From contig OZ244070.1 in NCBI GenBank assembly GCA_965215605.1, positions 3,808,001 to 3,872,000 on the forward strand: DNA of 64,000 bases. The letters are read 5' to 3'. The notes below the pieces were generated by a model. It saw nothing but the letters and a program-made list of their open reading frames with translations. It did not search any database and had not been told where the DNA came from. The position numbers and the translations under genes are program-made. This document shows, one piece after another, positions 1 through 8,120 of the stretch (position 1 is the stretch's first letter; every line of letters begins with the position of its first letter). Source of the DNA: an uncultured Candidatus Binatia bacterium. Its GTDB lineage: Bacteria; Desulfobacterota; Binatia; UBA9968; JAJDTQ01.

Positions 1-660
1 CCCGCCCTCGACGGCGAACGCCCAGTCCGTATGCGGGATGACCTCCCGCTGGCCGTAGGAGCGCATCCTCACCGTCAACTCGGCCTGAGAGCTGTCGGGA
101 TTCGCGGCGGGGTAGCTGCGGACGCGCGGATCGCCGCTCAGAGGCCAGGAACGGACGCCGGGACGGGTGACGCAGATCTCCGTGCGCACGAGCCGCTGTA
201 TGGGCGCGCCGTGCTCGGTGGCGACGGGAACATCCAGCACCATCCCGTCCTTCCAGGGGATCAGGTCTCCCTGCCAACCCGAAGTGACCCAGGTGAAGCC
301 CCATCGCATCAGGAACCCGTTGCCGGCGTGCTCCAGGCTCACGGGGTCGTTGCACTCTGGTGCGTCGTTGAGAAACATCAACGCCCGCTTGCTGCCGCGG
401 TTGGGAGCCTCGTAGAGCACCCGGCCGTTCCCTCTATCCCTGTCCGCCGGCCGCAGGATATAGACGTCGCAGGAATATTCCACCGCGCCGCGCCCGTTCC
501 GGGGCGCGTTGTCGAGGTTGACGATGCAGGCGTTGCGAGGATCCTCCGGGGCGACCTCGCCGAAGGCCTTCCCGGCCGTGATCTCGTACCCCCCGGCCGG
601 GCCGAACTCGTGACCGCCCGCGAACGGTTGGGTGCGACTGACGACGAAACGGGTCAACAT
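1..660 (-). CDS. Alpha/beta hydrolase domain-containing protein (Abhydrolase_10-like), N-terminal part, runs off the window edge
   Basis: Not in the ORF track. Manual minus-strand translation from ATG 660 gives MLTRFVVSRTQPFAGGHEFGPAGGYE...GEVAPEDPRNACIVNLDNAPRNGRGAVEYSCDVYILRP...GNGRVLYEAPNRG...GFTWVTSGWQGDL, open to position 1. The + strand ORF 31..702 is its shadow. Confidence 0.75.
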   Translation of the reverse strand, partial: MLTRFVVSRTQPFAGGHEFGPAGGYEITAGKAFGEVAPEDPRNACIVNLDNAPRNGRGAVEYSCDVYILRPADRDRGNGRVLYEAPNRGSKRALMFLNDAPECNDPVSLEHAGNGFLMRWGFTWVTSGWQGDLIPWKDGMVLDVPVATEHGAPIQRLVRTEICVTRPGVRSWPLSGDPRVRSYPAANPDSSQAELTVRMRSYGQREVIPHTDWAFAVEGG

Positions 661-926
661 GGGTGGAACCTCCGGATGGCAAGGATGCGCATATCATCAT
701 GACCTATCGAGGGCGCCTCCAACAAGTCCGGGATGGGGCGGGAGCCGGTGCTGGAAACGGCTCACGGGGCTTCAATGCCTGGACCCCGGGTCACGCTCCG
801 GGTGACGGGGAGGTGATCCGAACGATGCAGGGCGGGGAATGTAAAGGTGCTTCATCAAAGGGCCGGAATCGGCTACGTTGGGCGTTGCATGCAAGGCCTG
901 AGGTTCTCTTTGAGGAGGAAGTCGAC

Positions 927-1763
927 ATGATCAAGCCCACCGCATTGAAACGGGGCCACTACGAATGCAAATCCCTGGACGACACCTTGCCGGTGCTCAC
1001 CGATCTGCTGGCGTTCGAGATTGTTCGGCAGGGTTCCGGACAGGCGGCGGTGAAGCATCCCAATACCGACTGGGAGCTGGTGGTCCACGAGGGCGCGCCG
1101 GAGGCCGTGGACAAGCCGCATCTGCATCACTACGGCGTGCGGGTGGAGACCCTCGACGAGGTGAACGCCGCCTACGACTACATTCTGTCGCAGAAGGAGC
1201 GCTACAAACTCATGCGCGTCAGCCGTCCACACGAGAACCACTTCGCCCATTCGGTCTATTTTCGCGAGCCCGGCGGCAATGACTGGGAGATCGAGTACTA
1301 CGACCACGAGGCGGTGGTGCGGGGCCAGCGGAACGCCATCGAGCCGTGGCGCGAAAAAATGCCTGAGGAGCGGTTCCCCGGGCGCGGCTACCTGCCCCAG
1401 GCGTTGAGTCACGGCACCCGCGAATGCGACGACAAGGAGATCAGCGCGAAGTTCTACGGCGAGGTGCTGGGACTGGAGATCGCCGGCGGCGGCCGCTCAT
1501 CGGTGTACATCAAGCACTACGATACACCGTGGTACGTGGTGGTGCTGCCGGGGCGGACCCGCCACTATGTCTCCGAGCTCAACCGCTTCACGCTTCAGGT
1601 GGAGACCGAACAGGAAGTCGTGGACGCGCACCGGAGGTTCCGTACCTCGGGCAAGGACGTGGGCATCGACGAAGTGCGGGACCTGCAGGACGACAACGGC
1701 GAGGTCTCGTTCGTGTTCAGCGACCTCGACCGTAACTGGTGGGATATCTGCGCCGCCCGGTAG
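927..1763 (+). CDS. Two-domain VOC/glyoxalase family protein
   Basis: RBS GAGGAGG before ATG 927 (MIKPT). Two VOC repeats (HHYGVRV...SVYFREPGGNDWEIE; LSHGT...SFVFSDLDRNWWDI). Confidence 0.8.
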   Translation: MIKPTALKRGHYECKSLDDTLPVLTDLLAFEIVRQGSGQAAVKHPNTDWELVVHEGAPEAVDKPHLHHYGVRVETLDEVNAAYDYILSQKERYKLMRVSRPHENHFAHSVYFREPGGNDWEIEYYDHEAVVRGQRNAIEPWREKMPEERFPGRGYLPQALSHGTRECDDKEISAKFYGEVLGLEIAGGGRSSVYIKHYDTPWYVVVLPGRTRHYVSELNRFTLQVETEQEVVDAHRRFRTSGKDVGIDEVRDLQDDNGEVSFVFSDLDRNWWDICAAR

Positions 1764-1786
1764 GGCAGGCCAAGGGGGATACGAGC

Positions 1787-2098
1787 ATGTGGTTCATTGC
1801 ACTCCGGAGTGCGGCCAAACCCAGGGAAGAGTGGAACGTGACGCTGGACGAACACCTGTCGTGGATGAAGCGTCAGCACGAGGCGGGGAAGATCGTCATG
1901 TCCGGACCGACGCCGGACCGCAAGCTCGGCATCTACCTCATACGCGCGGAATCACGGGAGGAGGGTGAGGGCATCGCCGCGGGCGACCCTTACACCGCGG
2001 CCGGCTTCTGTACGTTCGAGCTGATCGAGTGGGAGCTGCACCAAGTCATGGGGGCCGGGCCGTTCTCCATGGCGGAGATCAAGGCGCACGGCCGGTAG
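1787..2098 (+). CDS. YciI family protein
   Basis: EHLSWMKRQHEAGKIVMSGP...GDPYTAAG pattern; RBS-like AAGGGGG before ATG 1787. Confidence 0.8.
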   Translation: MWFIALRSAAKPREEWNVTLDEHLSWMKRQHEAGKIVMSGPTPDRKLGIYLIRAESREEGEGIAAGDPYTAAGFCTFELIEWELHQVMGAGPFSMAEIKAHGR

Positions 2099-2110
2099 GG
2101 TCTTGTGAGG

Positions 2111-2890
2111 CTACAGGGCGGCGGCCGAGAACGTGCGGCGCCAGGCGAAGGCGCGCTGCTCGAAGCGGGCGATGACGCCGTACTCGATGATCAGCATTAG
2201 AATCACGAAGAGCAACACCCACGCCAGCACCTGCTCCATGTCGAAGTTCTCGAACCAGAAGAAGAACATGTAGCCGATGCCGAACTTGATGCCGAAGGTC
2301 TCGGCCAGGGCGACGATTTTCCAGGTCATGCCGAACGAGTACCGGAACGCGGACATGAGGTAGGGCATGAGCTGGGGGATGTAGACCTTCCGCACCATCA
2401 TCCGCCGGTTGGCCTTGAAGGACTTGGCCATGTCCATCAGGCTCTTGTCCATGGCCTTGGTGCCTTCCGCCATGTTCACGGTCACGAAGGGCGTAACCAC
2501 CGCCATCACCGCCACCAGGCTCCCGGTCTCGCTGAAACCGAACCAAAGCACCGCCAGGAACACCATCAGTATGGTGGGTATGGTCAGGAACAGCGGGATC
2601 AGGCTCATGAGGGAATACTCCACGGTCCTGCGGAGTCCCATGGCGAGTCCGATGCCGATACCCGCCAGCATCGCCACCACGAACGCGATGACGATGCGGA
2701 ACATCGTGATGCCAATGTGGAAGAAGGCCGTGTGGCCCTCGGGACCGAGCTCCACCAGGATGCGTCCCATGGTCATGAGGATCCGGAACGGGCTCGGCAG
2801 GACCTCCGGCAGCGTGAACAGCGAGCCGATCCACCAGACCGCCACCAGCGCCACCATGGACGCCAGACGCATGTAGGTGCGCATGCTCAT
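2111..2890 (-). CDS. NitT/TauT-type ABC transporter permease
   Basis: Multiple TM segments, LPSP motif and EAA-like loop (MDMAKSFKANRRMMVRKVYIPQLMPY). Confidence 0.9.
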   Translation of the reverse strand: MSMRTYMRLASMVALVAVWWIGSLFTLPEVLPSPFRILMTMGRILVELGPEGHTAFFHIGITMFRIVIAFVVAMLAGIGIGLAMGLRRTVEYSLMSLIPLFLTIPTILMVFLAVLWFGFSETGSLVAVMAVVTPFVTVNMAEGTKAMDKSLMDMAKSFKANRRMMVRKVYIPQLMPYLMSAFRYSFGMTWKIVALAETFGIKFGIGYMFFFWFENFDMEQVLAWVLLFVILMLIIEYGVIARFEQRAFAWRRTFSAAAL

Positions 2891-3666
2891 TGGGACTGCT
2901 GCTCCAGAACAGCGAAGAACTCCTGCACCAGCTCCTTCTCCATGTCGAACAGACGCGGGTCCTCGGGTTGCCGCGGCCGCGGCAAGTCCACGGGGACGTG
3001 TCGGAAGATCCGCGCCGGCTTGGTGCTCATCATGTAGACGTTGTCGGACAGGTAGACGGCCTCGCGCAGGTCGTGGGTAACGAACAGGATTGTGGTCTTC
3101 GCGCGTTCGAGAATGTCCATGAGGTCGATGCGCATCTTGCGCGCGGTGATCTCGTCCAGATGGCTGAAGGGTTCGTCCATCAGCAGGACATCCGGCTCAA
3201 TGGCCAGGGCCCGGGCAATGGCCACCCGCTGCTGCATCCCGCCCGACAGGTTCAGGGGATAGTTCGGCTCCTGACCCGCCAGACCCACCATGTCCAGGTA
3301 CTTGGTGACACGGTCGCGCCACTGCTCGCGCGGCACCCCCTGGGCCTCCAGCGCGAAGCGGATGTTGTCCTCCACCGTGAGCCAGTTGAGCAGGCGGGCG
3401 CTCTGGAAAACGTAGCCCACGTGGATGGCGGCGTCGGGGGACTCGGCCGCAGGATGCACCGTCACGCTGCCGCCGGTCTCCACCTCGATGCCCGCAATGA
3501 CGTTCAAGAGCGTGGATTTGCCGCAGCCGGAGGGACCCACGAGGCTGGCGAACTCGCCCTCCTTGACGTCCAGGCTCACGGCGTCGAGCACCACGAACTC
3601 TTCGCCGCCGCCGGGGGCGGGGAACTTCTTTGTCAACTTGTCTACGTGAACGACGGTCGAAGCCAT
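2887..3666 (-). CDS. NitT/TauT-type ABC transporter ATP-binding protein
   Basis: GPSGCGKST, LSGGMQQR, LLMDEPF, VTHD. Confidence 0.95.
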   Translation of the reverse strand: MASTVVHVDKLTKKFPAPGGGEEFVVLDAVSLDVKEGEFASLVGPSGCGKSTLLNVIAGIEVETGGSVTVHPAAESPDAAIHVGYVFQSARLLNWLTVEDNIRFALEAQGVPREQWRDRVTKYLDMVGLAGQEPNYPLNLSGGMQQRVAIARALAIEPDVLLMDEPFSHLDEITARKMRIDLMDILERAKTTILFVTHDLREAVYLSDNVYMMSTKPARIFRHVPVDLPRPRQPEDPRLFDMEKELVQEFFAVLEQQSQ

Positions 3667-3715
3667 GAAAGATACCTGTACGGGAGGTTGAGTCTGAACG
3701 CCGGGCCACGCGCCA

Positions 3716-4480
3716 CTACGTGGCCACCTGATGCCGCCACCGGAAGGCCCGCCTCTCCCAGGACCGGAATATCAGCACATCCACCAGGACCATGAAGATC
3801 ATGAAGCTCACACCCCAGGCGAGCATCAGGTCCACCCGCGTGTCCTGGAAATGAAAGACCAGCATCTGCCCGACCCCGCTGCCCACGGCGAACGCCTCTC
3901 CCACCAGCACGATCTTCCAGGACAGCGAGAGCGCGATACGCATGGACGAGAAGAGGTAGGGCATGAGCTGCGGGACGATGACCTTGCGGACGATCAGGTG
4001 CCGGTTCGCCTTGTAGACCTTGGCCATGTCGATGACTTCCTTGTCGATGGCCTTGGTCCCCTCCCAGACGTTGAGGGCGACGAACGGAAAGACGATCAAC
4101 ACCGTGGTGAATACCGGCCCGACGTCTGAGAGACCGAACCACAACACCCCCAGGAAGGCCCAGCAGATGGCCGGGAACGTCAGCAGCACCATGATCCAGC
4201 CGTCGAGGAACGCCTCCACGTGACGATGGAGCCCCATGATCACTCCGGCGATGCCGCCGATGATCATGGCCAACGTAAGACCCAGAATGATCCGCCGGAG
4301 GGTATCCCACACCACGACGTAGCTGTCGGGCTCGGAATAGAGGGTGACGGACCGTTCGAGGAGTTCTTGCGGCCCGGGCACGACAGCCGGCGGGGCGAAC
4401 ATCGATGCCGCCTGCCACAGCAGGACGAAAACCAGCAGTGTGAGGATCCCGGGCAGGAAACCGGGCTTGCCCTTGATCAT
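3716..4480 (-). CDS. NitT/TauT-type ABC transporter permease (second subunit)
   Basis: TM segments and EAA-like loop paralogous to 2111..2890. Start placed at MIKGK, uncertain. Confidence 0.85.
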   Translation of the reverse strand: MIKGKPGFLPGILTLLVFVLLWQAASMFAPPAVVPGPQELLERSVTLYSEPDSYVVVWDTLRRIILGLTLAMIIGGIAGVIMGLHRHVEAFLDGWIMVLLTFPAICWAFLGVLWFGLSDVGPVFTTVLIVFPFVALNVWEGTKAIDKEVIDMAKVYKANRHLIVRKVIVPQLMPYLFSSMRIALSLSWKIVLVGEAFAVGSGVGQMLVFHFQDTRVDLMLAWGVSFMIFMVLVDVLIFRSWERRAFRWRHQVAT

Positions 4481-4569
4481 AAGGAGAGCCTGTCGGAGAT
4501 GGGCGTGAAGCAGTCCGGGTCCTCGGGCCGGCCGAAACCGTGGCGAGGACCCGGACGCCGTATCGTCGA

Positions 4570-5562
4570 CTAGTTGAGAATCAGCCCGTGTTTCTTCTTG
4601 TCCGGAACGAAGTCCAGGACGCCGCGCCGTTTGGCCATTTCGAGGAAGTTCCACTGATGGTCAACGGTTTCCTTGTCCCACTTGGCCAGGAAGATCTTGT
4701 TCTTCTGCAGCCAGTCCCGGTACACGCCGGCCTCGGCCTTGTTCTTGATGCCGGTCACCTTGGCGAACTTGGCCTCGGCCTGGTCGAAGTTCTTGGGATT
4801 CCTGAGCCAGCGCATGGACTCCATGACCGCCGCGGAGAAACTCGCCGCGCGTTTCCTGTCAGCGTCAACCCACTCCCGCCAGCAAACCAGCGGGGCGGAC
4901 CAGACGATGGGCTGGCCGGTCTTGGACTTCCAGTAGTCGTTGGGCACGAACACCGAGCGGTACTTGTCGGGCTGCGACGCGGCCCGCACCGTCAGCGAGC
5001 TGATGTTGAACATCGAGTCCACGTCGCCGCGGTCCAGCAGGGCCAACAGCGCCGGGGCCGCGGCCTGCTTGAGATCTACGTCCTTCTTGTCGATCACGTC
5101 CATGCCATGACCGTCGATGATGACCGCGCGGGTGGCCTTGAAAGCGCCGGCGCCGGTGGACCAGGTGCCGAACTTCTTGCCCCGCAGGTCGCCGATGGAC
5201 TTGACCGCGCTGTCCTTCTTGACGAAGACCTCCTGCATCACGGTGAGCCCGCCCCCAATGATGACGAAATCGAGCCCCTTGGTGATCCGGGCGATCGCGG
5301 CGGTGCCGGCATACGATGAGCAGGGCACCTCCTTGGCGGGCAGCGCCGCCATGTGTCCCGCGAAGGGGCGCACGTCCACGTCCGCGTCGATGCCGTTCTT
5401 TTTAAAGATTCCGGCCATTTCCCCGGCCAGATACAGCATGGAAATGATGCTGTTCCGCCCGGCGGTGACCTTGATCTTGTGGAGATCCTGGGCCGCCGCC
5501 TCGAAGGCCAGGAAACTCACCAGCATGATCGCCAGCAAGGCTGTCCATGTGTAGCGTCGCAT
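4570..5562 (-). CDS. NitT/TauT (SsuA/THI5-like) ABC substrate-binding protein
   Basis: Signal peptide (AAA-Q), SIGDLRGKKFG motif, RBS AGGAGG. Confidence 0.9.
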   Translation of the reverse strand: MRRYTWTALLAIMLVSFLAFEAAAQDLHKIKVTAGRNSIISMLYLAGEMAGIFKKNGIDADVDVRPFAGHMAALPAKEVPCSSYAGTAAIARITKGLDFVIIGGGLTVMQEVFVKKDSAVKSIGDLRGKKFGTWSTGAGAFKATRAVIIDGHGMDVIDKKDVDLKQAAAPALLALLDRGDVDSMFNISSLTVRAASQPDKYRSVFVPNDYWKSKTGQPIVWSAPLVCWREWVDADRKRAASFSAAVMESMRWLRNPKNFDQAEAKFAKVTGIKNKAEAGVYRDWLQKNKIFLAKWDKETVDHQWNFLEMAKRRGVLDFVPDKKKHGLILN

Positions 5563-5638
5563 TGTCTGCCTCCTTTAAACTGGTCGCCGGTTTCGGCAAC
5601 GAACGCTTTCCTTCTTCGGTAAACGCGGGAAACGACGA

Positions 5639-5667
5639 ATACTAGTTCGTGCCCGGTTCTTTGTCAA
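5639..5667 (-). promoter_or_regulatory. Sigma70-type promoter for the ABC transporter operon
   Basis: Minus strand TTGACA-17 nt-TAGTAT about 77 nt upstream of the SBP start; -10 overlapped by the imperfect palindrome ACGAA-TACTAG-TTCGT. Confidence 0.65.
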
Positions 5668-5674
5668 TGGCGCG

Positions 5675-7060
5675 TCAGGGTTTCAGATAGTCTTTCAGTT
5701 CCATCTTTTGCCACAGTTCCGGGTCCGGCTCGATCCTGGTCTCGAACTCCTTTTCCACTGGCCGGGTGGCGTCGATGACCAGGTGCGTGGTCATGGGGCC
5801 CCGGCCGGTGCGGGCCTCGTTGTAGGACACCGGATCGAGGTGCGCGCCCTTGACCCCCGGCATGATCAGCAGATCCTGGTCGGCCACCATGCGAGTGCTG
5901 ATGGCCCAGGCCACCTCCCGCTCGTTGAAGATATCCACGTCGTCGTCCACCACCACAACGGTCTTCCCGTAGTTGTCGGTGGACACGGCCACCAGGCCGG
6001 CCTGCTTGCCCTCGCCGGGGACCCGCTGCTGCAGCGAGACGTACGTACCCAGCCAGCCCATGGTGCTCACCGCCTTGAGGGTGGGGAACTGGGATCGCAG
6101 CCGGTCGTACATGCTCATCTCGGCGCTGACGTTGGGTGCAAGGTTATGCTCGAGGTGGGCCGAGTCCAGGTGATGATAGATGGCGTCCCGGCGCATGGTG
6201 ATGGCGGTCACGTCAATGACGTAGCAAGGCTTGTCGCCGACTCCGTAGTAGCCCAGGTACTCGGCGTAGGGGCCGTCGGTGGCCATGGCGGCGGCGTCGA
6301 TGGTCCCTTCGATGACGATCTCGGCCTGGGCCGGCACCGGCACGTCGACGGTCTCGCCCCTGACCACCTCCAGCGACTCCCCGAGGTAGCCGCCCATGAG
6401 GTCGAACTCCACTACCCCCTTGGCCTGGGACGCCTGCAGCACCGCGGAGTGGTGGCCGATGACCAGGGCGATCTCCATGGGCCGCCCCAGTTCCGCGCAG
6501 CGCCGGGCGATGTAGGCGCCGTCGTTGCCCGGATTGATCATGCAGCCGAGCCGGTTCCGGCCCATGACCAGGTGACGGTAAATGCCCGCGTTGGGAACGC
6601 CGGTGTCCGGCCATCTGGCGATCATGAAACCGGCGCCGATGTACTTCCCGGCATCGAGCTTCGAGTTGTGGATGATGGGCAGCACGCTCAGGTCCACGTC
6701 GTCGCCGATGAACTTCCTCTCCTTGACCGGCGCCTCCTCTTCGTCCACCCACACGGGATCCTCCCGCTGGGCCAGCTTCTTGCGCAGCACGTCGTAGATC
6801 TCCAGCCGGGTCATGCTGCGCGGGTCGCAGCCCAGTCCCCAGGCCAGGAGGTCGAAAGAGCCGAACATGTTGGTGACCAGCGGCAGCGTGCTGCCCTTGA
6901 TCTCGGGGCAATAGATCACCGGGTTGCGGCCCTCGGCCGCCAGCTTGTGCTGGATGATGCCGATCTCCAGGTAGGGGTCCAGCGGCTTCGTCACCTCGAC
7001 GTAGTTCTCGGGTCCGGTCTCTCTCACCGCCTGAAGGAAAGTTCGCAGATCGGGGTTCAC
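5675..7060 (-). CDS. UbiD family prFMN-dependent (de)carboxylase
   Basis: DLRTFL N-terminus, NAGIYR, VPAQAEIVIEG, DGPYAEYLGYY, VVVVDDDVDIF..VAWAISTR, IDATRP. GTG start at 7060 with RBS AGGAGG. Confidence 0.9.
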   Translation of the reverse strand: MNPDLRTFLQAVRETGPENYVEVTKPLDPYLEIGIIQHKLAAEGRNPVIYCPEIKGSTLPLVTNMFGSFDLLAWGLGCDPRSMTRLEIYDVLRKKLAQREDPVWVDEEEAPVKERKFIGDDVDLSVLPIIHNSKLDAGKYIGAGFMIARWPDTGVPNAGIYRHLVMGRNRLGCMINPGNDGAYIARRCAELGRPMEIALVIGHHSAVLQASQAKGVVEFDLMGGYLGESLEVVRGETVDVPVPAQAEIVIEGTIDAAAMATDGPYAEYLGYYGVGDKPCYVIDVTAITMRRDAIYHHLDSAHLEHNLAPNVSAEMSMYDRLRSQFPTLKAVSTMGWLGTYVSLQQRVPGEGKQAGLVAVSTDNYGKTVVVVDDDVDIFNEREVAWAISTRMVADQDLLIMPGVKGAHLDPVSYNEARTGRGPMTTHLVIDATRPVEKEFETRIEPDPELWQKMELKDYLKP

Positions 7061-7099
7061 AAGACAGCCTCCTTCATCCGGCACGCTCCTGTAATAGTA

Positions 7100-8092
7100 T
7101 TACGTGGGACAGGACACGAGCGGCAGGACTTCCTCGACGAAACGGCGGATCTGCGCCAACTGGTCGGGCCCGGTAAAGCGCAGCACCGGCGTGCTGATGC
7201 CCATGTCCAGCCACTCCCGCAGCAACACCGCGCACTCCTCGGGGGCGCCGTAGGCGAGCCAGGTCCGGATGACCTCTTCGCTGGGCGGCGCCAGCGGGTA
7301 ATACTCCTGGAAATAGTGCTTCGACTCCTCGTAGGCCACCCGCTTGTCTTCGTTGATGTTGATCATGCCGTGGATGCAGGTCTCGAAGCCGCCCAGATCG
7401 CGCCCCTGCCGCTGCGCCACCCTCTGCATGAAGTCCCAGCGGCGGCGGAACTCATCAGGCGCCACGGCATCGGTCATGTAGCCATCCCCCAGCCGTATCA
7501 CCCGCTCCAGCGCGCGCTGCACCAGCGGGCTGCCCTCCAGAGGCCGGCGCGGGTTCACGGCGATCCAGATGGGGCAGGGGCGCTGCACCGGCTTGGGCAG
7601 GATGTCGCAGTCCTCCAGGGTGTAGAATCGTCCCTGGTGATGCACCTTGCCGTCGCTCCACAGCGCCCGCAGCAGCGCGATCCCTTCCTCCAGCCGCGGC
7701 GCGCGCTCTCTGGAGGTCTGCCCGAAGGCCCGCAGCTCGGGCTCGTGGCCGCCGCCGATGCAGGCGCCCAGCACGGCGCGCCCGCCTGAGACGTGGTCCA
7801 GGCTCGCCCACTGGATCGCCAGTTCCACCGGATGGCGCAACGGAAACGTGGCCATGCAAATGGTGCCGAGCCGCACCCGCTCGGTGCGCGCGGCGAGGTT
7901 CGACAGCATCACGATGGAATCGAGCCTGGGCTTGTGGATGAAACTGTCGCCTACCCAGACCGACTCGAAGACGCCGGACTCCTCGGCGAGGGTGGCGGAG
8001 GCGAAGAGGTCCTCCACCGTCGTCAGGCCGAACAGCACGCCCCGGTTGGGGAGGCTCAGGCCCCATCGAGTCGGCAGATCGCGCATGGTCAT
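7100..8092 (-). CDS. LLM-class (luciferase-like) flavin/F420-dependent oxidoreductase
   Basis: AEESGVFESVWVGDS, TERVRLGT, RHPVELA..WASLDHVSGGR, PKPVQRPCPIWIA. Confidence 0.9.
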   Translation of the reverse strand: MTMRDLPTRWGLSLPNRGVLFGLTTVEDLFASATLAEESGVFESVWVGDSFIHKPRLDSIVMLSNLAARTERVRLGTICMATFPLRHPVELAIQWASLDHVSGGRAVLGACIGGGHEPELRAFGQTSRERAPRLEEGIALLRALWSDGKVHHQGRFYTLEDCDILPKPVQRPCPIWIAVNPRRPLEGSPLVQRALERVIRLGDGYMTDAVAPDEFRRRWDFMQRVAQRQGRDLGGFETCIHGMININEDKRVAYEESKHYFQEYYPLAPPSEEVIRTWLAYGAPEECAVLLREWLDMGISTPVLRFTGPDQLAQIRRFVEEVLPLVSCPT

Positions 8093-8120
8093 GTCGTGCC
8101 GGATCCGTAGCGGGAACGTT

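Noticed and set aside
31-702. + strand 223-aa ORF
   Set aside because: Antisense shadow of the minus-strand hydrolase-domain gene (1..660).
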